Part shown: positions 47,178 to 57,376 of the stretch, piece after piece | Layout: every line of letters starts with the position of its first letter | Numbering within the stretch: position 1 is the stretch's first letter | Assembly (NCBI GenBank): GCA_043797985.1 | Contig: JAZDPB010000174.1 | Coordinates: 1-60,327 of the forward strand | DNA length: 60,327 nucleotides | Origin: Chloroflexota bacterium | GTDB lineage: Bacteria; Chloroflexota; Dehalococcoidia; Dehalococcoidales; UBA2162 | Reading direction: 5' to 3' | Notes under the pieces: model-generated | Databases searched by the model: none | What the model was told of the DNA's origin: nothing | What the model saw: the letters and a program-made list of their open reading frames with translations, nothing else | Position numbers and translations under genes: made by a program

Positions 47178-48290
47178 TCATTTCTTTGTTTCCCTTATCA
47201 TTTCCAGAAACCGGTCAAAGAGGTAGGTGTTGTCCCAGGGACCGGGAGACGCTTCGGAGTGATATTGGATAGCGAAGATGGGTAACTCTTTGTGTCTCAA
47301 GCCCTCCACTGTACCGTCGTTCAAGTTTACCTGGGTGACCTCCAAGCCATTCTTGAGAGTATCCGGGTCGACGGCGTAACCGTGGTTTTGAGCCGTGATA
47401 AATATTCTGCCGCTAGACAATTCACGGACGGGATGATTACCGCCGCGGTGACCAAATTTCAGCTTGAAGGTCTTAGCACCGAAGCTGCGGGCAATAAGCT
47501 GAATGCCCAGACAGATACCCATAATCGGCTTCTTACCGATGAGCTGCTTGACTGTGGCTACGATGTAATCCAGTAACGCCGGGTCGCCCGGTCCTGGAGA
47601 CAGGAGAATACCGTCTGGCTTTAAAGAGAGGATTTCTGCCGCAGACATTGTGCAGGGCACGGCGGTTACGCTACAGCCTAAGCGGTTCAGAATACGCAGA
47701 ATGTTATACTTCAAGCCGCAGTCAAGAATGACTACATGGTGTATCGGTGTTGAGACTTCTGGCTGCCACTTGTAGGGGGTTGGGGTGGTTACCTCTTTGA
47801 CAAAATCAATAGAGCCATAACTGGGCACCCGGCGTAATTCTTCCAGAGCCTGTTGCGGCGTCTTGCTGCTGGTTATCATGCCCATCATTACGCCGGATGA
47901 GCGAAGTCGGCGAGTTAACGCCCGGGTGTCTATGCTGTGAATCCCAGGGGTACCGCTTTCCGATAGATATTCGTTAATGGTCTTTTGGCTCATGTAGTGA
48001 CTGGGCTTGAGGCATTGCTCCCTGACAACAAACCCTCGAACCTGTATCTTTGCCGATTCGAAGTCCTGCTCATTAACGCCGTAATTACCGATAAGAGGAT
48101 ACGTGGGAACTAGAATCTGTCCAGCATATGAAGGGTCGGTCAGCATTTCCTGGTAACCAATCATGCTGGTGCAAAATACTACTTCACCAAATGTGTCAGT
48201 CTCACCGCCAAAAGTGTAGCCCTGATGGATGGAGCCGTCTTCTAAAGCTAAAAATGCCTGTTTGCTCACATTGTCCTTTGAAGCACGCAC
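47178..48290 (-). CDS. carA: carbamoyl-phosphate synthase small (glutaminase) subunit
   Basis: 370 aa. Class I amidotransferase nucleophile elbow GICLGIQL and the HRGGNHPV / QYHSEA motifs. Confidence 0.93.
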   Translation of the reverse strand: MRASKDNVSKQAFLALEDGSIHQGYTFGGETDTFGEVVFCTSMIGYQEMLTDPSYAGQILVPTYPLIGNYGVNEQDFESAKIQVRGFVVREQCLKPSHYMSQKTINEYLSESGTPGIHSIDTRALTRRLRSSGVMMGMITSSKTPQQALEELRRVPSYGSIDFVKEVTTPTPYKWQPEVSTPIHHVVILDCGLKYNILRILNRLGCSVTAVPCTMSAAEILSLKPDGILLSPGPGDPALLDYIVATVKQLIGKKPIMGICLGIQLIARSFGAKTFKLKFGHRGGNHPVRELSSGRIFITAQNHGYAVDPDTLKNGLEVTQVNLNDGTVEGLRHKELPIFAIQYHSEASPGPWDNTYLFDRFLEMIRETKK

Positions 48291-48337
48291 TCATTCCACT
48301 GTATTGGAACTGAGCGTGTCGGGTTACTCTATAAACT

Positions 48338-49681
48338 TTACAGTATTGGCAGATATTTTTCAAGTTCATAGTCGGTAACACGGACCCGATACTGGTCCCA
48401 CTCGATTCGCTTGTTCTCAATGAAAGCATTGAAGACATGGTCACCAAGGGCTTTTCGTACCAGTTCACTCTTTTCAGTGAGCTGAATCGCTTCCCAGAGA
48501 CTGGCCGGCAGGGTGCCTATACCCCGCTTCTTTCGTTCTTCCTCGGTCATTTTATAGACATTTTCTTCGACAGGGGCCGGAGGTTCGAGATGTCGCTCGA
48601 TTCCATCCAGTCCGGCAGCCAGCATCACGCTGAAGCAAAGATAAGGATTGCAGGCTGGGTCAGGCGAACGAAACTCGATTCGGGTGGCGTTTTCCTTGCC
48701 CGGCTTGTATTCTGGAACACGGATGAGGTCAGCCCGGTTCCGTCGTGCCCAGGAGAGATAGACTGGTGCTTCGTAGCCAGGGACCAAGCGTTTATAGGAA
48801 TTAATCCACTGGTTATTAATGGCGGTAATTTCAGGGGCATGCTCGAGCAGTCCGGCAATATAGCTCTTGGCTAGCTTAGAGAGGTAGTATTTATCGTTTT
48901 TATCGAAAAAGGCATTTCTTCCGTCTTTGAAGAGTGACTGGTGGACATGCATACCACTACCATTGACGCCGAAAACGGGCTTGGGCATAAAAGTGGCATA
49001 GACCCCCTGCCTTAGGGCGGTTTCCTTGACAACCAGCCGGTAGGTCATTACATTATCTGCCATTGTCAGAGCATCGGTGTACCTCATATCTATCTCGTGC
49101 TGGCTGGGAGCCACTTCGTGGTGAGAATATTCAACACCAATACCCATCTCTTCCAGAGTAAGTACTGTCTCTCGTCTTAAGTCAGTGGCCGCATCAAGTG
49201 GTATCATATCGAAATAGCCCCCCGCGTCGAGAGGCTCAGTCCCCTTGGAGTCTTTGAAATAGAAATACTCAAGCTCGGGTCCCACATAGTAGGTGTAACC
49301 CATATCCGCTGCCCGTTTCAGGTTTCGCTTTAAGACATACCTGGGGTCACCTTCGAAGGGCTCGCCGCCTGGTCTCAGAATGTCGCAGAACATCCGCGCT
49401 ACCGCCGCATGCTCTTTGGGTCGCCAGGGAAGAAGTTGAAAGGTGTCGGGGTCGGGGAGAGCCATCATATCACTCTCATCAATGCGGGCAAATCCTTCAA
49501 TCGAGGAACCATCGAATCCCATTCCCTCTTCCAGTGCGCCTTCCAGTTCCTCTATCGTGATGGCAAAGCTTTTAAGTATACCCAGAATGTCACTAAACCA
49601 CAATCGGATAAATTTAACGTCGTGCTCTTTAGACACTTTCAGCACATAATCCTTGCTTTCTTCGAAAGTCCGTTTTTGCAT
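48338..49681 (-). CDS. glnA: glutamine synthetase, type I (short, alpha-like form)
   Basis: 447 aa. FDGSSIEGF, GPELEYFYF, NGSGMHVHQSL and RIEFRSPD motifs. No adenylylation-loop Tyr context is obvious. Confidence 0.92.
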   Translation of the reverse strand: MQKRTFEESKDYVLKVSKEHDVKFIRLWFSDILGILKSFAITIEELEGALEEGMGFDGSSIEGFARIDESDMMALPDPDTFQLLPWRPKEHAAVARMFCDILRPGGEPFEGDPRYVLKRNLKRAADMGYTYYVGPELEYFYFKDSKGTEPLDAGGYFDMIPLDAATDLRRETVLTLEEMGIGVEYSHHEVAPSQHEIDMRYTDALTMADNVMTYRLVVKETALRQGVYATFMPKPVFGVNGSGMHVHQSLFKDGRNAFFDKNDKYYLSKLAKSYIAGLLEHAPEITAINNQWINSYKRLVPGYEAPVYLSWARRNRADLIRVPEYKPGKENATRIEFRSPDPACNPYLCFSVMLAAGLDGIERHLEPPAPVEENVYKMTEEERKKRGIGTLPASLWEAIQLTEKSELVRKALGDHVFNAFIENKRIEWDQYRVRVTDYELEKYLPIL

Positions 49682-49762
49682 TTTCCTCTCCTTATTAAAT
49701 AGTCTAAGATAACACTTCAGATTTTCATTTCTTCACAGTTTACACTGTTTTACCTCCATTTT

Positions 49763-50104
49763 TCAAATTGCATTATCGCCCTCCTCGCCAGTTATGACGC
49801 GAACAGCGTTTTCGACCGGAATAACAAAGAGCTTACCGTCGCCTATCTCTCCAGTTCGGGTAACGGTGGTAATTGCATTCAATATTTTAGGTGTATCCTC
49901 ATCTAAGACAACCACCTCGACCTTAATCTTAGGTAAAAAATCTACTTTATATTCTCCCACCCGCCATTGCAGGGTGAGTCCCCCCTGCCGTCCTCGTCCA
50001 CTAACTTTAGTGACCGTCATACCCAGATAGCCATTAGCCTCGAGTGCTTCTTTGACAGCATCCAGCTTCTCTTCACGGATAATAGCTTCTATTTTCTTCA
50101 TCAT
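49763..50104 (-). CDS. glnB: PII nitrogen regulatory protein
   Basis: 113 aa. MKKIEAIIR..., T-loop GRGRQGGLTLQWRVGEYKVDF (Trp where E. coli PII has Tyr51), C-terminal TGEIGDGKLFV. It overlaps the amt stop. Confidence 0.92.
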   Translation of the reverse strand: MMKKIEAIIREEKLDAVKEALEANGYLGMTVTKVSGRGRQGGLTLQWRVGEYKVDFLPKIKVEVVVLDEDTPKILNAITTVTRTGEIGDGKLFVIPVENAVRVITGEEGDNAI

Positions 50105-51330
50105 AGCATCCCTCCGTATGCCGTCTCACCGTGTTGCGAAATGTCCAATCCCACCGTTTCTTCTGTCGGGCTGACACGCAAGCCCATGGTGGCATCCACC
50201 AGCTTGCCCAGAATCCAGGTAATAGCGAAGGCATAAGCACCAACCGCAATGACACCGAGAAATTGCTTTAGGAGTGGCATTACGTTGCCCGAGAGCAAAC
50301 CGTCAGCCCCGGCGGAGTTGACAGCAATGCTGGCAAAAATACCTGTAGCCAGAGTGCCCCAGATACCGCCAATGCCATGGCAGGCGAAGACATCCAGAGA
50401 ATCATCTACGCCGCGCTTTATCTTGAAAAAGAACATGCCGTAGTAAGCGGCAATTGCCGCTACAGCACCTATCGGAATACCAGCCAGCGGAGGTACGAAA
50501 CCGGCAGCCGGAGTTATGGCAGCCAAACCGACCACGGCCCCGGTAATCGTACCTAGTATAGTGGGACGGCGGTGGAGCCAGCTAACTATCATCCAGGTGA
50601 AAGCCGCCGCTGCACCGGCGGTGTTGGTGGTAACAAAAGCACTGGCAGCTAGTCCATTGGAAGCCAGAGCGCTGCCGGCATTGAAGCCGAACCAGCCAAA
50701 CCAGAGCAGTCCAGCACCAAGCACCACCATAGGTATGTTGTTAGGCTCCATAGGTTCTTTGGGAAAACCCCGGCGTCTGCCCAGCAGTAGGGTCAAAGCT
50801 AGAGCCGAGACGCCAGCATTAATGTGGACAACGGTACCGCCAGCGAAGTCAAGAACACCAAGCTTCATGAGCCAGCCGCCACTGCCCCAAACCCAGTGGG
50901 CTACAGGGCAATAGACCAGGGTAAACCATAGAGCTGAAAAGATAAGAAGGGAGCCAAATTTTAAGCGCTCGACAACGGCACCGGTAATCAGGGCTACCGT
51001 GATAATGGCGAACATTGCTTGAAATATCATAAAAGCGAGGTGAGGTACGGTGCTGGCATAGAGTGGTGATGGTTCCTGTCCCACACCAGCTAAACCTACA
51101 AAATCTAGCCCGCCAATAAAACCACCGTCACTACTGAAGCTCAAGCTATATCCATACAGAATCCAGAGCAGACCAGCCAAACCAAGGGCGATAAAGCTCA
51201 TCATTATGGTGGAAAGGATGTTTTTCCTTCTCACCATGCCGCCGTAGAATAGGGCTACGCCCGGTGTCATTAACATGACCAGCGCCGCTGAAACCAAAAG
51301 CCAGGCAGTATCGGCAGGATTAATAACCAT
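50101..51330 (-). CDS. amt: ammonium transporter
   Basis: 409 aa, 11 TM. AGGTVVHINAG and FGWFGFNAGS motifs. Classic amt-PII pair. Confidence 0.93.
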   Translation of the reverse strand: MVINPADTAWLLVSAALVMLMTPGVALFYGGMVRRKNILSTIMMSFIALGLAGLLWILYGYSLSFSSDGGFIGGLDFVGLAGVGQEPSPLYASTVPHLAFMIFQAMFAIITVALITGAVVERLKFGSLLIFSALWFTLVYCPVAHWVWGSGGWLMKLGVLDFAGGTVVHINAGVSALALTLLLGRRRGFPKEPMEPNNIPMVVLGAGLLWFGWFGFNAGSALASNGLAASAFVTTNTAGAAAAFTWMIVSWLHRRPTILGTITGAVVGLAAITPAAGFVPPLAGIPIGAVAAIAAYYGMFFFKIKRGVDDSLDVFACHGIGGIWGTLATGIFASIAVNSAGADGLLSGNVMPLLKQFLGVIAVGAYAFAITWILGKLVDATMGLRVSPTEETVGLDISQHGETAYGGML

Positions 51331-51352
51331 CTTATACCTCCAAGCTTAGATG

Positions 51353-51389
51353 GTTTCAGTTTAGCGCTTAATTGTTTCCAAATTATTAC
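51353..51389 (-). promoter_or_regulatory. direct GAAAC repeats / GlnR-box-like motif upstream of amt
   Basis: Minus-sense GTAAT-AATTTG-GAAAC (51374-51389) and a second GAAAC 21 nt downstream (51353-51357), between the atypical regulator gene and amt. A related GTAAA-N6-TAAAC lies at 49738-49753 upstream of glnA. Purely a pattern match. Confidence 0.2.
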
Positions 51390-51407
51390 CGCCGTATTAA
51401 ATTTTTG

Positions 51408-52091
51408 TTACGCGATGTTGTCTTCTTTGAATTTATAACCTATATTTCTCACCGTCTCAATAAAGGAGTGGCTCGGGTCCTCAATCTTACTTCGGAGTCT
51501 TCTTATGTGAACATCCACCGTCCTATCCCCACCATAATAATCGTAGCCCCAGACCTTATCGAGTAGGGCATCGCGAGTGAATACGCGACCTTTATTACCG
51601 GCCAGAAACTTAAGCAACTGGTATTCCATGAAGGTCAGCATTATCACTCTGCCGCACAAGGTGACTTCACACTTAGCCTGGTTTATTAATAGGTCGCTAC
51701 ACGTAATTAGTGTGCCGTCATCTGTTCGCTTAGTATCCTGGAGCAGCCGTTTTATCCTTACACTTACTTCTCTCAGGTCGTAGGGTTGGACTACAAAATC
51801 ATCTATCATGTCCAGATAACTATCGTTGTTATCGAGTATCTCCCCAGTAATCAAAGCAATAACCGGCAATTGTCGTTCTTGTTTTATTCGCCGGAAGATT
51901 TCCGCAGTGCCAGAAGCAGAGCGGTTACTATCCATTTCGAAAATGATTAGTGCTGGAGACTGGCGGGCGACCTGCTCTATTACCCTTTCGCTAAGAGAAG
52001 CGGTCGAACAGGTGAAGCCCTTCTGGACAAGTCCCGCACGCAATTCTTCACGTGTCTTACTTTCCTGAGCTATTATCAACAAATCGAGCAA
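51408..52091 (-). CDS. orphan OmpR-family regulator with aspartate-less (atypical) receiver domain
   Basis: 227 aa. TTG start with GGGGGAG 7 nt upstream. The receiver reads LLIIAQES (no DD pair), ALIIFEMD (Glu at the expected phospho-Asp position by eye) and DDFVVQPY (Gln for the conserved Lys). The C-terminal Trans_reg_C domain is intact (VHIRRLRSKIE...VRNIGYKF). Confidence 0.75.
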   Translation of the reverse strand: MLDLLIIAQESKTREELRAGLVQKGFTCSTASLSERVIEQVARQSPALIIFEMDSNRSASGTAEIFRRIKQERQLPVIALITGEILDNNDSYLDMIDDFVVQPYDLREVSVRIKRLLQDTKRTDDGTLITCSDLLINQAKCEVTLCGRVIMLTFMEYQLLKFLAGNKGRVFTRDALLDKVWGYDYYGGDRTVDVHIRRLRSKIEDPSHSFIETVRNIGYKFKEDNIA

Positions 52092-52115
52092 GATTCTACT
52101 CCCCCTAATTGGTAA

Positions 52116-53111
52116 TCAACTCCAAGAGTGTCCCAATCTTTCAAAGTCGATGGTACCGCTCAAAGGGTGATTTATCACTTCTATCCCTGCTTCCGCAATA
52201 GCCGCCACCATATTCAAGCCATCGGCAAGTACCATGCCAACTCTGTTCGCTGCAACTGAAAGCTGACAGACGGTCTCGCCTATTCCTCCAAGAATAATCA
52301 ATCCCGTCATGCCTGCTACCTTTAACTCTTGGATAATTGCCTCTGCGTTTGTTCGACCGATGGCTGGTATTTCACAAAAGCTAGCCAATATATTACCATT
52401 ACCCTCTCTGGCCACATTACCGACTGAGGTCATTTTACTAGCGATGAATACCTTAGATGGGTCTAGTGAGCAACCGGCATATTCAATAAGGTCAACAAAG
52501 CGCAAAGCTTCATGGTTCCGAATCTGGATTATACCTCCGAATCTGGAATCCACTGGTATTCCGGCCCTTATCAAAGCCCCACAGGCTACGATGTGGGATA
52601 CTGTAGCTAAGCCGACCTTGCCTGTGGGCACAGTTACTTCCCCCAAATTTTCTCCTTCAAGAGCTACGGCTGTTAAGTCACTAATTCCAAGTGCAGAAAG
52701 GGAAATGCCTTTCACGGCTTCTATGGCTTGACTGAGTTTATCACTGGAGAACAATGACACATTGATGGGTACCTTTCCCATCCGTTTCTCAGGGTCGAAA
52801 GAGCTTTGGTAAGCTAGCGTTTCAATCTTGCTAGCCACCAAGCCTACCCGGTCGCTAACTAAGGCACTACCGAGTTCTTCGAGTCCGAATTTGGTAATCG
52901 ACCTGCCATCTCTCGTGCCAACAGTATGGGTAAGACCTCGTTCGTCCATGAACTTGAGGTGGTATCTCACTACTCTCTCACCTAAATCAATGCCTAGGTC
53001 ACAAAGTCGCCGAGCCAGAACTCTACCACCGAGAGGCCGTGGTGAATCGCTAAGTACCTTAAGAATCGCTATCGTCTTTCTCTCTATATCATTAGTTTGT
53101 TGACCTATCAT
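52116..53111 (-). CDS. nrpR: NrpR-type nitrogen regulator, copy 2
   Basis: 331 aa, collinear with copy 1 (roughly half the residues identical by eye, for example FDPEKR..PIN.SL, GLATV, AGIP..S.FGG, VGMVL, AGIEV). Confidence 0.72.
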   Translation of the reverse strand: MIGQQTNDIERKTIAILKVLSDSPRPLGGRVLARRLCDLGIDLGERVVRYHLKFMDERGLTHTVGTRDGRSITKFGLEELGSALVSDRVGLVASKIETLAYQSSFDPEKRMGKVPINVSLFSSDKLSQAIEAVKGISLSALGISDLTAVALEGENLGEVTVPTGKVGLATVSHIVACGALIRAGIPVDSRFGGIIQIRNHEALRFVDLIEYAGCSLDPSKVFIASKMTSVGNVAREGNGNILASFCEIPAIGRTNAEAIIQELKVAGMTGLIILGGIGETVCQLSVAANRVGMVLADGLNMVAAIAEAGIEVINHPLSGTIDFERLGHSWS

Positions 53112-53127
53112 ATGTTACCTCGTCACT

Positions 53128-53892
53128 TTAGTAGGCATAGAGCCTACCATAAGGTCGGAGCCAGCGAGGGAACAGTTTTACAAACTGGCGACTTAGTATC
53201 GCTTTGGCCTTATAGTCGAAGTACGCAGCGAATTTATTTACTAATTGCTCAAGAATCGAGTAGTCTTTCTCGTCCAGTTCAGCGACGCCGACTTCTTTAC
53301 CCAATTGATAGGTTTCTACGCTCCCTCTTAAGTAGATGACACCGCCGTGCATTCCGGTGCCGATAAATTTTGCTTTGTGATGTTCCCCTTCAGCGAGATT
53401 AAGCCCCAGTAGAACCAAGACACCACCGGCCATATACTCGCCGAGGAAGTCCTGGGCAGTGCCGCCGATAACCAGCATGGGTTTCTTATCCTGATACTCT
53501 TTCATGTGGATGCCGGCACGATACCCAACATCATCTCGAACGAAAATCTCGCCACCTCTAGCTGATAAGCCGATAATGTCTCCGGCATGGCCATGAACGA
53601 TTATTTCGCCGCTGTTCATGGTATTGCCGCAGCCGTCTTGAGCGTTGCCGTGGATAATAACCCGGGGTCCATCCATGAAGGCTCCTAGGTCATTACCGGG
53701 AGTGCCAAATATCTCAATATCTATTGGCTTGTTTAGGTCGGTACCAATGTATCTTTGCCCACAGACATTGTGGAGCTCGATTCTCTCGGTGCCATTTGAG
53801 ACTATCTCTCTAAGCTTGGCATTAAGCTCCCGGTAATAAACGCCAGCGGCGTCTATCTTTATCGTCGAGCATACTTCAGATTTCATCTTCAA
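53128..53892 (-). CDS. glutamate synthase GXGXG (GltB C-terminal) domain protein
   Basis: 254 aa. Repeated GxxGxxxG beta-helix motifs (HGNAQDGCGNTMNSGEIIVHGHAGD, GGTAQDFLGEYMAGG, GTGMHGG). The start overlaps the upstream gene stop (ATGA). Confidence 0.85.
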   Translation of the reverse strand: MKMKSEVCSTIKIDAAGVYYRELNAKLREIVSNGTERIELHNVCGQRYIGTDLNKPIDIEIFGTPGNDLGAFMDGPRVIIHGNAQDGCGNTMNSGEIIVHGHAGDIIGLSARGGEIFVRDDVGYRAGIHMKEYQDKKPMLVIGGTAQDFLGEYMAGGVLVLLGLNLAEGEHHKAKFIGTGMHGGVIYLRGSVETYQLGKEVGVAELDEKDYSILEQLVNKFAAYFDYKAKAILSRQFVKLFPRWLRPYGRLYAY

Positions 53893-55394
53893 CTCCCCGC
53901 TAATCTTACCCCTAAGGTTTCGAGTTCGGTATCGGTAAGTCCGATACCCCTTAAGTGTAGCCGATTGCCACGGAGGCTCTCGATAGCGTTGACGCCAAGC
54001 CCACCCAGTATATCTTTTATCTCACTGCTCCAGCCGCGGAGCAGGTTGGACAGTCGGCGGGCACCAATTTCGGGATTCACTCTCTTTGTCAGTCGGAGGT
54101 CGGTGGTGCATATACCCCAGGCACATTTTCCGGTATGGCATTGCTGACAGACGGTACAGCCCAGAGCTACCAGCGCCGCTGTTCCGATGTACACGGCATC
54201 GGCACCCAGAGCGATAGCCTTGGCCACATCACCGCTATTTCTGATACCACCAGAGACCACAATAGAAGCTTGGTTTCGTATCCCTTCCTGGCGTAAACGG
54301 CTATCCACCGTGGCCAGTGCCATCTCAATCGGAATGCCTACATTGTCACGGATAATCTTGGGGGCAGCGCCAGTGGCTCCCCTCAGACCATCAAGAACAA
54401 TGATGTCAGCTCCGGCACGCACCATACCACTGGCGATTGCCGCCGAGTTATGGACAGCGGCAATCTTGACCGATACTGGCTTGGTATAGTTAGTTGCCTC
54501 CTTCAGGGCATATATAAGCTGCGCCAGGTCTTCAATAGAGTAAATATCATGCTGCGGTGCGGGCGATAGGGCGTCCGTACCCTGCGGAATCATCCGCGTC
54601 AACGACACTTCAGCACTTACCTTTTCTCCTGGGAGGTGCCCACCAATGCCAGGCTTGGCTCCCTGGCCAATCTTAATCTCGATTACTTTGGCTACATCCA
54701 GGTATTCGGAATGAACACCGAAACGCCCAGAAGCTACCTGGACAATGGTATTCTCCCCATACTTGTATAGCTTATGGTGAAGCCCTCCTTCACCAGTGTT
54801 CCACAGAGTACCCATCTCGGTAGCCGCCATAGCAAGAGACTCATGAACATTAAGGCTTACCGCACCATATGACATGGCAGCAAACATCACCGGGACCTCC
54901 AGCTTTACCTGGGGAGCCAGTTCTGTCTTTATACTTAGGTGGTCTGAGTTGAGTTCTATTCGGTCAGGCTTTCGCCCAAGATAAGTGGTAAGCTCCATCG
55001 GTTCACGGAGTGGGTCGATGGATGGATTGGTTACCTGACTGGCGTTAAGCACCAGGTGGTCCCAGTAAATACGCTGGTTTCTATCGTCACCCATCCCGGT
55101 AAGGAGCACTCCGCCGGTCTCTGCCTGCTTAATGATGTCCTCGATTACATCCGGGCGCCAGTTGTAGTTCTCGCGATAGTCTAACGGGTTTCGACTGATA
55201 GTCAGCGCCCGGGTAGGGCAAAAGAGCACGCAGCGATGGCAGCCAACGCAGTTCTCCTCTCGGCTCTTTACTTCATTATCCTCAACATCATAGTAATGAG
55301 TATCGAAAGAGCACTGGTTGACACACACCTGACATTGGATACATCGCTCAGGGTCTCTTCTTATTAAGAATTTCGGTGCCAAATAGGTTTTCAC
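53889..55394 (-). CDS. glutamate synthase FMN-binding domain protein with N-terminal 2x[4Fe-4S] ferredoxin domain
   Basis: 501 aa. CIQCQVCVNQC and CVGCHRCVLFCP, then Glu_synthase core motifs (GEGG, GAKPGIGGHLPG, LDGLRGATGAAP, SGGIRNSGDVAKA). Confidence 0.88.
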   Translation of the reverse strand: MKTYLAPKFLIRRDPERCIQCQVCVNQCSFDTHYYDVEDNEVKSREENCVGCHRCVLFCPTRALTISRNPLDYRENYNWRPDVIEDIIKQAETGGVLLTGMGDDRNQRIYWDHLVLNASQVTNPSIDPLREPMELTTYLGRKPDRIELNSDHLSIKTELAPQVKLEVPVMFAAMSYGAVSLNVHESLAMAATEMGTLWNTGEGGLHHKLYKYGENTIVQVASGRFGVHSEYLDVAKVIEIKIGQGAKPGIGGHLPGEKVSAEVSLTRMIPQGTDALSPAPQHDIYSIEDLAQLIYALKEATNYTKPVSVKIAAVHNSAAIASGMVRAGADIIVLDGLRGATGAAPKIIRDNVGIPIEMALATVDSRLRQEGIRNQASIVVSGGIRNSGDVAKAIALGADAVYIGTAALVALGCTVCQQCHTGKCAWGICTTDLRLTKRVNPEIGARRLSNLLRGWSSEIKDILGGLGVNAIESLRGNRLHLRGIGLTDTELETLGVRLAGS

Positions 55395-55404
55395 TGTTCT
55401 CCCC

Positions 55405-56181
55405 TTAAATTCGTACTGGAACTTTCCGTTTTGCCAGGTATTCCTTTACTTCTGTAATAGAGTAAGTCCCGTAGTGGAAAATACTGGCAGCCAGGACTGC
55501 ATCCGCTTTGCCTGAAACCAGCGCCTGGTACAGGTCTTCCGGCTTGCCAGCACCACCACTGGCTACCACCGGCACAGTGACACTTTCTGAAATTGCTCTA
55601 AGCAGTTCCAGGTCGTATCCGGCTCGAGTTCCATCGGCGTCAATGCTATTCACCACAATTTCACCGGCACCCAGCATGACTGCTTTCTTCGCCCACTCAA
55701 CTGCGTCTAAGCCGGTAGCGCGTCCCCCACCTACCCCGGTGTAGGTAAAGATTTCCCACCGGGCAGGATTTGAGTTGACCACTCTCCTAGCGTCCATACC
55801 CAGCACGATACACTGGTTACCGAAGCGATGAGCACCTTCGGTTATCAGTTCTGGATTGAGTACTGCCGCCGTGTTGATGGAGACCTTATCGGCACCGGAT
55901 TCCAGCATCAACCGCATGTCTTCCACAGTGCGCAGTCCCCCACCGACAGTGAAGGGAATAAATATCTGGCTAGCGGTATGTTCCACTATCTTCAGCATAA
56001 TCGGGCGTTCGTCACTGGAAGCAGTGATGTCGTAGAATACCAGCTCATCGGCACCCTCTTTGTTATAGAAGGCAGCCAGTTCCACCGGGTCGCCGGCGTC
56101 ACGGTGGTCAAGGAACTTCACGCCCTTCACCACCCGGCCATCCTTCACATCGAGACAGGGAATAATTCTTTTCGTCAGCAT
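55405..56181 (-). CDS. hisF: imidazole glycerol phosphate synthase cyclase subunit
   Basis: 258 aa. Canonical [18 protein letters not shown] and ASGGAG motifs. Confidence 0.92.
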   Translation of the reverse strand: MLTKRIIPCLDVKDGRVVKGVKFLDHRDAGDPVELAAFYNKEGADELVFYDITASSDERPIMLKIVEHTASQIFIPFTVGGGLRTVEDMRLMLESGADKVSINTAAVLNPELITEGAHRFGNQCIVLGMDARRVVNSNPARWEIFTYTGVGGGRATGLDAVEWAKKAVMLGAGEIVVNSIDADGTRAGYDLELLRAISESVTVPVVASGGAGKPEDLYQALVSGKADAVLAASIFHYGTYSITEVKEYLAKRKVPVRI

Positions 56182-56182
56182 T

Positions 56183-57376
56183 TTACATCGCTTCCCCGGC
56201 GGTTATTGCTTCCTTATTAGTTATAGATTGCGCCTGGAATACCGTTTTTAATCTACCTATCACTGGTTCGCCACCTGCTGGAATCCACGTTCTGTCCAGT
56301 TCAGGACATATCAGGCGGATAGCAGACTCTTCGGACGAAAGATATATCATGTTACTCTTTTCTCCGACGGTCAGTGGTCGTAATCTGATACGGTCGGTCA
56401 GTCCAATCATTTCCCCGTGATGAGCAACTATTATCGTGAACGGTCCGTTCAAGAGTAAGCTACCATATACCTGACGTAGAGCTTGCATTAGCTTTTGCTC
56501 TTCTTGTGGCATGCGCTCAATGTCGTTCCAGAAAGGCGGTGCCAGTATTTTGGCCACTATGTCCAGTGGCAGGTTGTGCTTACGCATGAGCAAGTCGATA
56601 GCATAAGCTACTACCTCGGTGTCGGTTTGCATTGTGCAATGGTAGCCGAATTGTTCTAAGTAACGACGATTTATTCCGTAGGATGAAATCTCACCGTTGT
56701 GGACCACAGTCCAGTCCAGCATGCAGAACGGGTGAGCTCCACCCCACCACCCGGGTGTATTGGTGGGAAAACGCCCATGTGCCGTCCATAGGTAACCTTC
56801 GTACTCCTCCAAGCGGAAGTAATCAGCTACATCCTCGGGGTAGCCTACACCCTTGAACACTGCCATATTCTTACCGCTAGAAAAGACAAAGCTATCGCCC
56901 AACTGTGTATTTATCTCCATTACCTTGCTTACAACATAATCATCTTCGGATTGCTTCTTGAGTTGTTGCTGTTCTATCTCAAGAAAGTAGCGCCATACTG
57001 CCGGGGGATTTGTCACATTTGATGTCGGTCGGGTAGGTACTTCTTCCTGGTACATCAGGTGAAAATTTGCCCGTAGAAATGCTTCTGTTTCTTGCTGTCC
57101 ACTCTGGCTAAGATACATCAGGTGAAAGGCGTATAAGTCAGCATATTCGGGGTATAGGCCATAGATGGCAAATCCACCACCCAGCCCATTGCCACGGTCA
57201 TGCATATTAGCAATAGCCTTGATGACACCTTCTCCAGAAAACCTCTCGCCTGAGGTATCCATAGCTCCGAATATGGAGCAGGCGTCAATTACCTTGTCAT
57301 CTTGGTTCGGGTTATTTACTTGTCTCAGGTTTTTCACTATAGCTCCTCCTAAAATATGAGTGCTACTCGCCGACAA
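56183..57376 (-). CDS. class II (Ntn) glutamine amidotransferase domain protein (GltB N-terminal domain)
   Basis: 397-aa ORF. AGGAGG-agctata-GTG suggests the real start is at 57337. The catalytic Cys sits in [10 protein letters not shown], 19 residues after that start, so a propeptide is implied. [10 protein letters not shown] and HNGEISSY motifs fit GATase_2. Confidence 0.82.
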   Translation of the reverse strand: MSASSTHILGGAIVKNLRQVNNPNQDDKVIDACSIFGAMDTSGERFSGEGVIKAIANMHDRGNGLGGGFAIYGLYPEYADLYAFHLMYLSQSGQQETEAFLRANFHLMYQEEVPTRPTSNVTNPPAVWRYFLEIEQQQLKKQSEDDYVVSKVMEINTQLGDSFVFSSGKNMAVFKGVGYPEDVADYFRLEEYEGYLWTAHGRFPTNTPGWWGGAHPFCMLDWTVVHNGEISSYGINRRYLEQFGYHCTMQTDTEVVAYAIDLLMRKHNLPLDIVAKILAPPFWNDIERMPQEEQKLMQALRQVYGSLLLNGPFTIIVAHHGEMIGLTDRIRLRPLTVGEKSNMIYLSSEESAIRLICPELDRTWIPAGGEPVIGRLKTVFQAQSITNKEAITAGEAM

